64,000 bases of DNA. Source: Candidatus Binatia bacterium (GTDB lineage: Bacteria > Desulfobacterota > Binatia > UBA9968 > JAJDTQ01). The position numbers and the translations under genes were made by a program. The stretch covers positions 3,168,001 through 3,232,000 of the forward strand of contig OY762897.2 of the NCBI GenBank assembly GCA_963666515.2, written 5' to 3'. The first letter of the stretch is position 1; every line of letters begins with the position of its first letter. Positions 18,091-27,424 of the stretch are shown one piece after another. The notes below the pieces were generated by a model. That model was not told the DNA's origin and did no database searches. It saw only the letters and a list, made by a program, of their open reading frames with translations.

Positions 18091-19377
18091 TCATGAACCC
18101 AGCGCCTCCATGGCCGCGTCGTGCACGAGCGGGCGGAACTGCCGGATGGCGTCGTTGTCCCGCGACGGGTGCACCCGGTTGGTCAGCAGCACGACGTGCA
18201 CGGCCCGCTCCAGGTCCCACCAGACGGAGGTGCCGGTGAAGCCCAGGTGGCCCACGGTGCGGGAGGAGAAGTGGCGTCCGCTGGAGGAACCCTGGGGTGA
18301 CGGCGTATCCCAGCCGAGCACGTGGGTCTGTCCGGGGAGAGTCCGTTCCGCCTCCAGGAACTCGCGCACGACGGCGCCGGGGAGATAATCCGGCTCCGCG
18401 TCTTCACGGCACCGTGCGAGGAAACAGAGAAAGCGGTGGATGTCCGGCGCGGACGAGAACAGGCCGGCGTGCCCGGCGACGCCACCTATAGCGTAGGCGT
18501 TGTCGTCGTGGACCTCGCCACAGAGGATCTTGCCGCGCCGGGGACAGTCCTCGGTGGCGGCGACGGCTCGGCCGGCGCCCGGCCGGGGCTCGGGGGCGGT
18601 CGCGCTCAAGTCCACGAAGAACGTCGAGGTCAGGCCCATGGGGGCGAATATCTCGTCGCGGCAGAACCGGTCCAGCGGCTTCCCGCTCAGCCTCTCGACG
18701 GCTTCGCCCAGGAGGATGAAGCCGAGGTCGCTGTAGAGATGCTTCTCGCCCGGCTGCGCCAGCAGTTCTTCGCCGTGGAGCCGGTCGAGGCAATGTCGCC
18801 GGAAGGCCGCGGCTTCCGCGCGTGCGTCGGCCATTTTCCTGGGAGGTGTGGCCACCACGCCCGCCTCTCCTCTGGATTCCGGCTTTCGCCGGAATGACGG
18901 GGGCGGGCCTTGGCGCTCCGTTCCCCTGGGAATGACGGATTCGTAGTAGGGCTTCCAGGCCGGGAGGCCGGAGGTGTGGTTCAGGAGCTGGCGGAACGTG
19001 ACCCAGGACTTGGCGCCCGCGATGAACTCGGGGACAGCCGTGCTCACCGGGTCGTCCCGGCGCACGCGTCCGTCACGGACCAGCAGCATCATGGCGGTGG
19101 CGGTGGCCACGGGCTTGGTGAGCGAGCTGAGGTCGAACACGGTATCGGGCGTCATGGGGAGTCGCTCGGGTACCAGCGCGCGACTGCCGTAGGAGCGATG
19201 GAAAAGGACTTCCCGGCCGCGGCCCACCAGCACCACGGCGCCCGGGGAGACGCCCTCGGACACGCCGCGACGGCAGGTCTCGTCCAGGACGCGCCACATC
19301 AGCGTGCCGCCCGCGTCGCCGGTTCCAGCGACATCAGACGTACCGCCCGTAACTCCGGCTCCACCGGCGTTAGCCAT
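18091..19377 (-). CDS. Serine hydrolase, beta-lactamase/PBP-like family (AmpC/AmiE-like)
   Basis: FDLSSLTK (SxxK), LLNHTSGL, YSDLGF, GEVHDDNA, GHAGLFS, GHLGFTGTS, LLTNRVHP. Start uncertain (19419, 19377 or 19299). Confidence 0.85.
   Translation of the reverse strand: MANAGGAGVTGGTSDVAGTGDAGGTLMWRVLDETCRRGVSEGVSPGAVVLVGRGREVLFHRSYGSRALVPERLPMTPDTVFDLSSLTKPVATATAMMLLVRDGRVRRDDPVSTAVPEFIAGAKSWVTFRQLLNHTSGLPAWKPYYESVIPRGTERQGPPPSFRRKPESRGEAGVVATPPRKMADARAEAAAFRRHCLDRLHGEELLAQPGEKHLYSDLGFILLGEAVERLSGKPLDRFCRDEIFAPMGLTSTFFVDLSATAPEPRPGAGRAVAATEDCPRRGKILCGEVHDDNAYAIGGVAGHAGLFSSAPDIHRFLCFLARCREDAEPDYLPGAVVREFLEAERTLPGQTHVLGWDTPSPQGSSSGRHFSSRTVGHLGFTGTSVWWDLERAVHVVLLTNRVHPSRDNDAIRQFRPLVHDAAMEALGS
18872..18938. 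repeat. Palindromic repeat (same family as 12963-12991) inside the serine hydrolase CDS, plus a degenerate second copy
   Basis: Exact CTGGATTCCGGCTTTCGCCGGAATGACGG at 18872-18900 (translated as PSFRRKPESR); partial TTCCCCTGGGAATGACGG at 18921-18938. Confidence 0.85.
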
Positions 19378-19405
19378 GCCGCAGGGGGCGCGGGTTCCGG
19401 CGGCA

Positions 19406-20335
19406 TCAGCACGCCGCACGGGTGGCCGGCTCCGCCAGCATCAGCACGCCGTTGCGGCCGTCCAGCTCGGCGGCGAGGCCGATGGGAAGCAGGGTGTTCG
19501 GGGTCATGTGGCCGCAGGGCAGACCCGTCACCACCGGGTAGGAGGCGTGGCGGAACACGTCGGCGAGCACCTCCGCGACGTCCCTCTCCGCCCCGGTCTC
19601 GCAGCCGTTGAAGGCCCCGGTCACCACGCCGGCGACGCCGTCGAGCTTCCCCGCCATGCGCAGGTGGGTCAGCATCCGTTCGATGCGGTAGGGCCGCTCG
19701 CCCACATCCTCCAGGAAAACGATCCTTCCCGTGGTGTCGATCTCGTAAGGGGTGCCGAGAGTGGTCACCAGCACCGAGAGGCACCCTCCCGCCAACGGTC
19801 CGCGCACGGGACCGTTGCCGCTACGGAGCACGCCGGTCCCCTTGATCTGCCACAGCCGGCGCTTCCCCGTGAGCGCGTCCCAGAAGCCGCTGCCGATGCC
19901 GCCTTCAAGCTCGCCGGCGAACTCGACGGCGACCATGGGCCCGTGGAAGGCCACGATCCCGCAGCTCTGCGACATCCAGTTGAGCAGGGCGGTGACGTCG
20001 CTGAAGCCGACGAAGATCTTGGGATGGGTGCGGATGAGCGCAGGGTCGAGAGCGGGCAGGAGCTGTATCGAGCCGAAACCGCCGCGGGCGCAGAAAATCG
20101 CGGCGATGTCGTCCCGCAGGAAGAAGCGCTCCAGCGTTTCCGCGCGCTGCTGCTCGCTCCCGGCCAGGTAGCCCTTGCGCTCGAGGATGCCCTCGGCCAG
20201 CAGCACGCGGAACCCGCGCGACTCCAGTGCGCGGACGCCCTTGGCCAGGAGGTCCTCGTACACGGCTCCGGCCGGGGCGATGACCCCGATGGTGTCTCCG
20301 GGCCTCAAGGGCGGCGGTTTGAGGAGGTTCGTCAC
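19406..20335 (-). CDS. ldcA: Muramoyltetrapeptide LD-carboxypeptidase (peptidase S66)
   Basis: LRPGDTIGVIAPA, ARGGFGS, VGFSDVTAL (Ser), FHGPM, FLEDVGE (Glu), PCGH (His), LPIG. Confidence 0.92.
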   Translation of the reverse strand: MTNLLKPPPLRPGDTIGVIAPAGAVYEDLLAKGVRALESRGFRVLLAEGILERKGYLAGSEQQRAETLERFFLRDDIAAIFCARGGFGSIQLLPALDPALIRTHPKIFVGFSDVTALLNWMSQSCGIVAFHGPMVAVEFAGELEGGIGSGFWDALTGKRRLWQIKGTGVLRSGNGPVRGPLAGGCLSVLVTTLGTPYEIDTTGRIVFLEDVGERPYRIERMLTHLRMAGKLDGVAGVVTGAFNGCETGAERDVAEVLADVFRHASYPVVTGLPCGHMTPNTLLPIGLAAELDGRNGVLMLAEPATRAAC

Positions 20336-20460
20336 GTCTTTACAGGGTGTTACAGGCTATTTTGTCAAGATTTCCGTGGCACGGCAAACGCCGGGCGGAC
20401 GCCGTTCCCCTCTCCGTACCCGGACGGCGACGGATTTCCGACAAAAGTTGTCCACACCCC

Positions 20461-20488
20461 TTGACAGCGCGGAGACCGTGCTTACATT
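20461..20488 (+). promoter_or_regulatory. Sigma70-like promoter of groES-groEL
   Basis: TTGACA (20461-20466) -16 bp- TACATT (20483-20488); strong SD AAGGAGGAG before groES. Confidence 0.55.
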
Positions 20489-20563
20489 ACCGCCACACCT
20501 CATCGTGAGCGTCTATCGGTCCATCGAAATACGTTACGACGAACTGGAAAAGGAGGAGACAAC

Positions 20564-20854
20564 ATGAACATCAGGCCCTTACAGGACCGGGTCATCGTCA
20601 AGCGGATCGAGGAAGAGGAGAAGACCGCGGGCGGGATCATCATCCCCGATACGGCCAAGGAAAAGCCCCAGGAGGGCGAGGTCGTCGCCGTGGGCAAGGG
20701 CAAGGCCGACGAGGACGGCAAGGTCACCCCGCTGGACGTCAAGGTCAACGACCGGGTGCTGTTCGGCAAGTACGCCGGCTCGGAGATCACCCTGGACGGC
20801 GAAGAGCACATCATCATGCGCGAGGACGACATCCTCGGCATCGTCGAGAAATAA
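20564..20854 (+). CDS. groES: Co-chaperonin GroES
   Basis: [44 protein letters not shown]. Confidence 0.99.
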   Translation: MNIRPLQDRVIVKRIEEEEKTAGGIIIPDTAKEKPQEGEVVAVGKGKADEDGKVTPLDVKVNDRVLFGKYAGSEITLDGEEHIIMREDDILGIVEK

Positions 20855-22540
<1,686 letters not shown>

Positions 22541-22561
22541 CCCTGCCATACCGGCTGGAAC

Positions 22562-22605
22562 AAAGGGCCTGGGGCGTCTCCGAGGAGAGGCTCCAGGCCC
22601 TTTTT
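22562..22605 (+). terminator. Intrinsic terminator of groESL
   Basis: AAAGGGCCTGGGGC...GCTCCAGGCCC hairpin followed by TTTTT, 21 nt after the groEL stop. Confidence 0.85.
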
Positions 22606-22703
22606 GCGCGGCACCGGAATTGCGTCCTCTTGTCAGGATTCTTCGGTCGAAGTCGATCCCGGGCAGCATGTCGTCCGAGGATCACGTTGGACGCTGATCC
22701 AAA

Positions 22704-22955
22704 ATGTTGTATCGTGTCAACAGGTCCCGCCCAAGGCATCCGAAGAAGGAGATCGAAAATGCTTTGCGCGAGGCAGAGAGTGCGGGGTGGACCGTGACAC
22801 CAACGCGGTCCGGTCACCGCTGGGGCGTGATGCGATGCGGTGCGCCCGGTTCTCCCAAATGCCGGATGTCCATTTGGTCAACACCCCGCAACGCCGGCAA
22901 TCACGCCAGGCAATTACGGCGCTTTATCGTGCACTGCCCTCAACGCGGGGACTGA
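22704..22955 (+). CDS. Small basic HicA-like protein (putative toxin)
   Basis: RHPKKEIENALREAESAGWTV..RSGHRWG..C....C.MSIWSTPRNAGNHARQLRR: the helix-GW-x-GH-beta pattern resembles HicA dsRBD-like RNases; upstream of a HicB-like gene. Start codon uncertain. Confidence 0.6.
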   Translation: MLYRVNRSRPRHPKKEIENALREAESAGWTVTPTRSGHRWGVMRCGAPGSPKCRMSIWSTPRNAGNHARQLRRFIVHCPQRGD

Positions 22956-22974
22956 GGAAGAGGAACGCACTGAC

Positions 22975-24309
22975 ATGCCTACCTTCCACTTCACGCTGAT
23001 TGTCGACGGTCCCGATCTCCAGGACCAATCCTTGATCGACCCGTTGTTCGAGGCGGGTTGTGACGACGCGGCGATTGGTTGCAGCGACGACGTTCAGTAC
23101 GTCGACTTCGACCGCGAAGCGGAGAACCTCAATGACGCAATCCTGTCGGCCGTAGACGACCTGGAGAAACTCGACGGCGTTAAAGTCATCCGCATCGCCG
23201 ATGCTGGACTAACCTCGCTGGCGGATATTGCGGTCCGTGTCGGCCGCACCCGTGAAAGCATCCGGCTTCTGGCAAGCGGTGCGCGCGGTCCAGGCGGATT
23301 CCCGAAACCGGTCACCGATCCCCGCAGCCGATACCGATTGTGGCGCTGGACCGAGGTTGCGCATTGGTTCAAGGAACACCAGGGCGAGAGCCCGGCAGTC
23401 GCAGAGGACGAGTTGACGGCCGCCTACAACGCTGCCCTGGAATTCCGCCACCACCGCAGCCAGCTTGCGCCTTCGCATCCGATTTCGCTCCGCGAGCTTG
23501 TGGGAATGCCCGCACGTACGCTTACCGACGAACATCGAGCAAAGATAGGCCGCCTTCTTATCGAGAGGGTGTCCCAAGAATCACTGTTGGCGGAACGCAT
23601 CCTTGCCCCGATTGGCGAGACAGCAGCGACCCTTCCGTGCGTCGGATTGACCGGATTTCTTGCTGCACAGGGGTGTATGTACAGAGGGGAGCTGATGGTG
23701 GTTGGCCGTGCCGCAAACGGCTGGGAGGTTTGCGGCTACCCCTACGGGGTCTATCCCGAGGAACTGACCGACCCCACTTTGCGCATGAGATTCGCACAAG
23801 CGGTCCAGGAGAGCGTTGGCGGCGAACACCCGATGGGATGGGTACGCGAGAAATGGGGCCTAGGAGCCAGCTACAACACCAGGAGATCGGCCTTCTGGAG
23901 GGTGATTCGGAGGGTAACTGAGGGCCTGAATATCGCGGGTAAAGACGCTGAGAATTGGCCCTGCCATCTCGTGTGGTCGAACCTATACAAGGTGTCTCCA
24001 TCGGACGGAGGCAATCCCAGCGGTCAGCTCTGCAATCGCCAATTCGCCGGGTGCAGCGATCTGTTCCAACTGGAACTGAATACCTACCGCCCTAGACGCC
24101 TGCTTCTGCTAACCGGCTTGAACTGGGCCGACGGGTTCTTGCCCGATTTGGATGAGCAAGAATCGCCCCTCCACTACGTAGAGTATGTAGAGCGAGCGGG
24201 ATGCCTTGCCCGTAGCGAGGGTTACCAAACGCACGTTGTCGTCGCGTGCCATCCTCAAGGGAAGGACGAAGACAAATGGACGAGGGAAGTACTCTGCGCC
24301 TTTGATTGA
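22975..24309 (+). CDS. Fusion protein: HicB-like + HTH N-terminus and uracil-DNA-glycosylase-superfamily C-terminal domain
   Basis: SD GAGGAA before ATG 22975. N-term FHFTL..LFEAGCDDA..FDREA..AILSA..D and HTH LADIAVRVGRTRESIRLL..GPGGFPKP..LWRWTEV; C-term LMVVGRAANGW, SAFWR, WSNLYKV, ELNTYRPRRLLLLTG, HPQG. One uninterrupted 444-aa frame. Confidence 0.65.
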   Translation: MPTFHFTLIVDGPDLQDQSLIDPLFEAGCDDAAIGCSDDVQYVDFDREAENLNDAILSAVDDLEKLDGVKVIRIADAGLTSLADIAVRVGRTRESIRLLASGARGPGGFPKPVTDPRSRYRLWRWTEVAHWFKEHQGESPAVAEDELTAAYNAALEFRHHRSQLAPSHPISLRELVGMPARTLTDEHRAKIGRLLIERVSQESLLAERILAPIGETAATLPCVGLTGFLAAQGCMYRGELMVVGRAANGWEVCGYPYGVYPEELTDPTLRMRFAQAVQESVGGEHPMGWVREKWGLGASYNTRRSAFWRVIRRVTEGLNIAGKDAENWPCHLVWSNLYKVSPSDGGNPSGQLCNRQFAGCSDLFQLELNTYRPRRLLLLTGLNWADGFLPDLDEQESPLHYVEYVERAGCLARSEGYQTHVVVACHPQGKDEDKWTREVLCAFD

Positions 24310-24419
24310 GGGGTGAACTCCCGACCTCCTCTGCACGCGCCGGACGCAGGGACGGACAGGAATTTGACCTTGATCATGAAACTGACATAGTGAAGCAGTC
24401 AGGGAAAGGCCATAGTAAA

Positions 24420-24644
24420 ATGCGTCGACGGACAGAAGATGAAGACGGCCGGCGAAAGGCATCCCGACACTTGCGTGCCTCGTTGATGACCGGACTTGCG
24501 GAACTCACTTCGTTTGGTCACCCAGCGAAACGCATAACCTGCCCGTCTACCGATGTAGCCGGTGCTCTGAGGAGTGACTGGATACGAATAGGCCGAGACA
24601 TGGGAAAGGTCTTGGTTCGCAAACGAAATGGCCGGGACGCGTGA
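24420..24644 (+). CDS. Small hypothetical protein with ALRSDWxxIGxD motif
   Basis: ATG 24420, 74 aa, overlaps the DUF433 gene start. From memory, the motif DVAGALRSDWIRIGRDM recurs in small mobile-element proteins. Confidence 0.45.
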   Translation: MRRRTEDEDGRRKASRHLRASLMTGLAELTSFGHPAKRITCPSTDVAGALRSDWIRIGRDMGKVLVRKRNGRDA

Positions 24645-24876
24645 CGCACATATCGTGTCCGACCCGGAAATCCTCGGCGGCACCCCCGTGATACGCGGTA
24701 CGCGGATGACCGTCTATTCGGTGCTGGGACGTTTGCAGGACGGGGACAGCATCGACGATCTCACCGCGGACAATCCCGATATCCCTCGCGAAGCATTTGA
24801 AGCGGCGGCCATCTTTGCCCGGGCACATCCTTTACGAGGCCGACCGAGCGGACGGCCGTGGCGCAACGCGCCGTGA
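24628..24876 (+). CDS. DUF433 domain protein (antitoxin-type wHTH)
   Basis: IVSDPEILGGTPVIRGTRMTV..VL..L.DGDSIDDL..DNPDI. Confidence 0.9.
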   Translation: MAGTRDAHIVSDPEILGGTPVIRGTRMTVYSVLGRLQDGDSIDDLTADNPDIPREAFEAAAIFARAHPLRGRPSGRPWRNAP

Positions 24877-24944
24877 CGAAGCTCAGGTGCCGGAAGATTT
24901 GACCTGCATCACCAAACTGGCATATTGAAGCGGTCAAGGTAGCC

Positions 24945-26291
24945 ATGTTCGAGAACCTCACCGACAAGCTGGAGCAGACCTTCAAGCGGCTGCGGGGGCA
25001 GGGCAGGATCACCGAGTCCAACGTGGCGGAGTCGTTGCGGGAGGTGCGTCTGGCGCTCTTGGAGGCGGACGTCAACTTCAAGGTGGTCAAGGGCTTCATG
25101 GAGTCGGTGCAGGCCAAGTCCATGGGGCAGGACGTGCTCCAGAGCCTGACGCCGGACCAGCAGCTCATCAAGATCGTCAGGGAGGAGCTGATCGGGATTC
25201 TGGGCGGGGAGGCCGCGGGGCTGGACCTCAAGGGGCGGCAGCCGGTGGTGCTGATGCTGGTGGGGCTCCAGGGATCGGGGAAGACCACCACCGCGGTGAA
25301 GCTGGCGCTGCACCTGAAGAAGCAGCAGAAGCGGACGCCCTACCTCGTGTCCGCGGACGTGTACCGGCCGGCGGCACGGGAGCAGTTGCGGACGCTGTGT
25401 GAGGAGAACGGGCTGCCGGTATACGACTCCGGCGACAGCTCGGCTCCGGTGGAGATCTGCCGCGCCGCCCTGGACAAGGCCAACCAGCGGCTGTGCGACG
25501 TGCTGATCGTGGACACCGCGGGGCGGCTTCAGATCGACGAGGAGATGATGCAGGAGCTGGCGGCGATCCGCTCGGCGCTGGAGCCCCGGAACATCCTCCT
25601 CACCCTCGACGCCATGATCGGGCAGGACGCCGTCAACCAGGCCCAGGGCTTCAACGAGGCGCTGGACCTCGCCGGGGTGGTCCTGACCAAGATGGACGGC
25701 GACGCCCGGGGCGGCGCGGCGCTCTCGGTGCGGGCGGTGGTGGGCAAGCCGGTGCTCTACGTCGGCGTCGGCGAGAAGGCGGACGCCCTGGAACCCTTCT
25801 TCCCGGACCGCATGGCGTCGCGCATCCTCGGCATGGGCGACGTGCTGTCGCTGATCGAGAAGGCGGAGCAGGCCGTCGACAAGAAGGCCGCGCCGAAGCT
25901 CGAACAGCGGATGCGCAAGGGGGAGTTCACGCTGGAGGACTTCCAGACCCAGATGCAGGCCATCAAGAAGATGGGCTCCATCGGCGGCCTGCTGGACATG
26001 GTGCCCGGCGGACGGAAGCTGGGCCAGCAGGTGGACATGGCCCACGCGGAGAAGGAGATGAAGCGCGTGGAGGCCATCATCAACTCCATGACGCTCAAGG
26101 AGCGGCGCAACCCGGCGCTGCTGAACGGCAGCCGCAGGCGGCGCATCGCCGACGGTAGCGGCACCACCGTCACCGACGTGAACCGCCTCATGAAACAGTT
26201 CATGGAGATGAAGAAGATGATGCAGCGCATGAAGAAGTCGGGCGGCAAGCGGCGCGGCATGCTGGGCCGTTTGTCAATGCCCTTCCAATGA
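24945..26291 (+). CDS. ffh: Signal recognition particle protein Ffh
   Basis: MFENLTDKL, LLEADVN, GLQGSGKTTT, DTAGRL, TKMDGDARGG, Met-rich M domain. Confidence 0.99.
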   Translation: MFENLTDKLEQTFKRLRGQGRITESNVAESLREVRLALLEADVNFKVVKGFMESVQAKSMGQDVLQSLTPDQQLIKIVREELIGILGGEAAGLDLKGRQPVVLMLVGLQGSGKTTTAVKLALHLKKQQKRTPYLVSADVYRPAAREQLRTLCEENGLPVYDSGDSSAPVEICRAALDKANQRLCDVLIVDTAGRLQIDEEMMQELAAIRSALEPRNILLTLDAMIGQDAVNQAQGFNEALDLAGVVLTKMDGDARGGAALSVRAVVGKPVLYVGVGEKADALEPFFPDRMASRILGMGDVLSLIEKAEQAVDKKAAPKLEQRMRKGEFTLEDFQTQMQAIKKMGSIGGLLDMVPGGRKLGQQVDMAHAEKEMKRVEAIINSMTLKERRNPALLNGSRRRRIADGSGTTVTDVNRLMKQFMEMKKMMQRMKKSGGKRRGMLGRLSMPFQ

Positions 26292-26330
26292 ACTAAAAAC
26301 GGTAGAAAAACAGGAGAAAGAAGACCCCGT

Positions 26331-26606
26331 ATGAGCGTGAAGATCAGACTCAGCCGGCACGGCGCGAAGAAGCGCCCCTACTACCGCATCGTGGTGGCGG
26401 ACGCCCGCAATCCCCGTGACGGACGGTTCATCGAGCAGGTGGGCACCTACGACCCCACGACTCCCTCGGCCGCGCTGAAGCTCGACCAGGCCAAGGTCGA
26501 TGGATGGCTGAAGAAGGGGGCGCAACCGACCCAGACCGTGCGCAATCTCATCAAGCGGGCGGCCAAGGAAGCGCCCGCAGCCGCGGTAGAGAGCCCAGTC
26601 TCTTGA
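26331..26606 (+). CDS. rpsP: 30S ribosomal protein S16
   Basis: [31 protein letters not shown]. Confidence 0.99.
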   Translation: MSVKIRLSRHGAKKRPYYRIVVADARNPRDGRFIEQVGTYDPTTPSAALKLDQAKVDGWLKKGAQPTQTVRNLIKRAAKEAPAAAVESPVS

Positions 26607-26839
26607 AGGAACTGGTACAGTACCTTGCGCAGTCCATCGTGAACCGGCCCGACGCCGTCGAGGTCACGGAAACGCAGGACGACGGCGCCTCGGTGGTGGA
26701 GCTCAAGGTCGCCAAGGAGGACCTCGGCCGGGTCATCGGCAAGCAGGGCCGCACCGCCAAATCCCTGCGAACCATCCTGAACGCCGCCGCCGCCAGGACC
26801 AACCGGAAGGTCGTCCTCGAGATCGTCGACGAACAATAA
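26603..26839 (+). CDS. khpA: KH-domain RNA-binding protein KhpA (YlqC)
   Basis: TTG start overlapping the rpsP stop; [24 protein letters not shown]; canonical position between rpsP and rimM. Confidence 0.92.
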   Translation: MKELVQYLAQSIVNRPDAVEVTETQDDGASVVELKVAKEDLGRVIGKQGRTAKSLRTILNAAAARTNRKVVLEIVDEQ

Positions 26840-26855
26840 CCGCCGCCCTTTCCCT

Positions 26856-27371
26856 TTGTCCGGTAACCAGATCGCCCTGGGCGACATCGTAGCCACGCAC
26901 GGCGTCGCCGGCTGGGTGCGAGTGAAGCTGTTCAACCCCGAAGGCAGAACGCTCTACTCCGCCGAAGAGGTAGAGTTGGCGCGCGGCGAGAACCGCCGGA
27001 TCCTTCCGGTGGACCGGGCCCGGCCCCACCGCGGGCTCGCCCTGCTGAAGCTCCGCGGCGTCGACGACATGGACGCGGCGCGGGACTTGGTGGGATGCCG
27101 CCTGTCGGTGCAACGGGACGCGCTCGCGCCGCTGAGCGCATCCGAGTACTACCACGAGGAGGTGGTGGGCTTCGAGGTCGTGGACGCCGCGGGCGCGCGC
27201 ATCGGCACGGTCACGCGCATATGGCCCAGGCCGGGCGGCGACCTGCTGGTGGTCGCCGCGCCCGGAAAAGAACACCTGATCCCCGCGGTCAGGGAGTTCA
27301 TCCGGCACGTCGACATCGTAAACGGGACCGTCACCATCGACCTGCCGGAGGGGCTTCTGGAGATCGAGTGA
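26856..27371 (+). CDS. rimM: Ribosome maturation factor RimM
   Basis: [37 protein letters not shown]. Confidence 0.95.
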   Translation: MSGNQIALGDIVATHGVAGWVRVKLFNPEGRTLYSAEEVELARGENRRILPVDRARPHRGLALLKLRGVDDMDAARDLVGCRLSVQRDALAPLSASEYYHEEVVGFEVVDAAGARIGTVTRIWPRPGGDLLVVAAPGKEHLIPAVREFIRHVDIVNGTVTIDLPEGLLEIE

Positions 27372-27424
27372 CGGGTTCCGCAAGCTCGCAGGACAAGAGC
27401 TTGCGCCCTTCGCCAACCGCTGCC

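Noticed and set aside
18091-19377. Possible beta-lactam resistance gene
   Set aside because: The SxxK family is broad, and the ldcA/mpl context points to cell-wall recycling rather than a class C beta-lactamase.
20393-20419. GGGCGGACGCCGTTCCCCTCTCCGTAC as a further REP copy
   Set aside because: Too degenerate; it lacks the palindrome and the exact GTAG tag.
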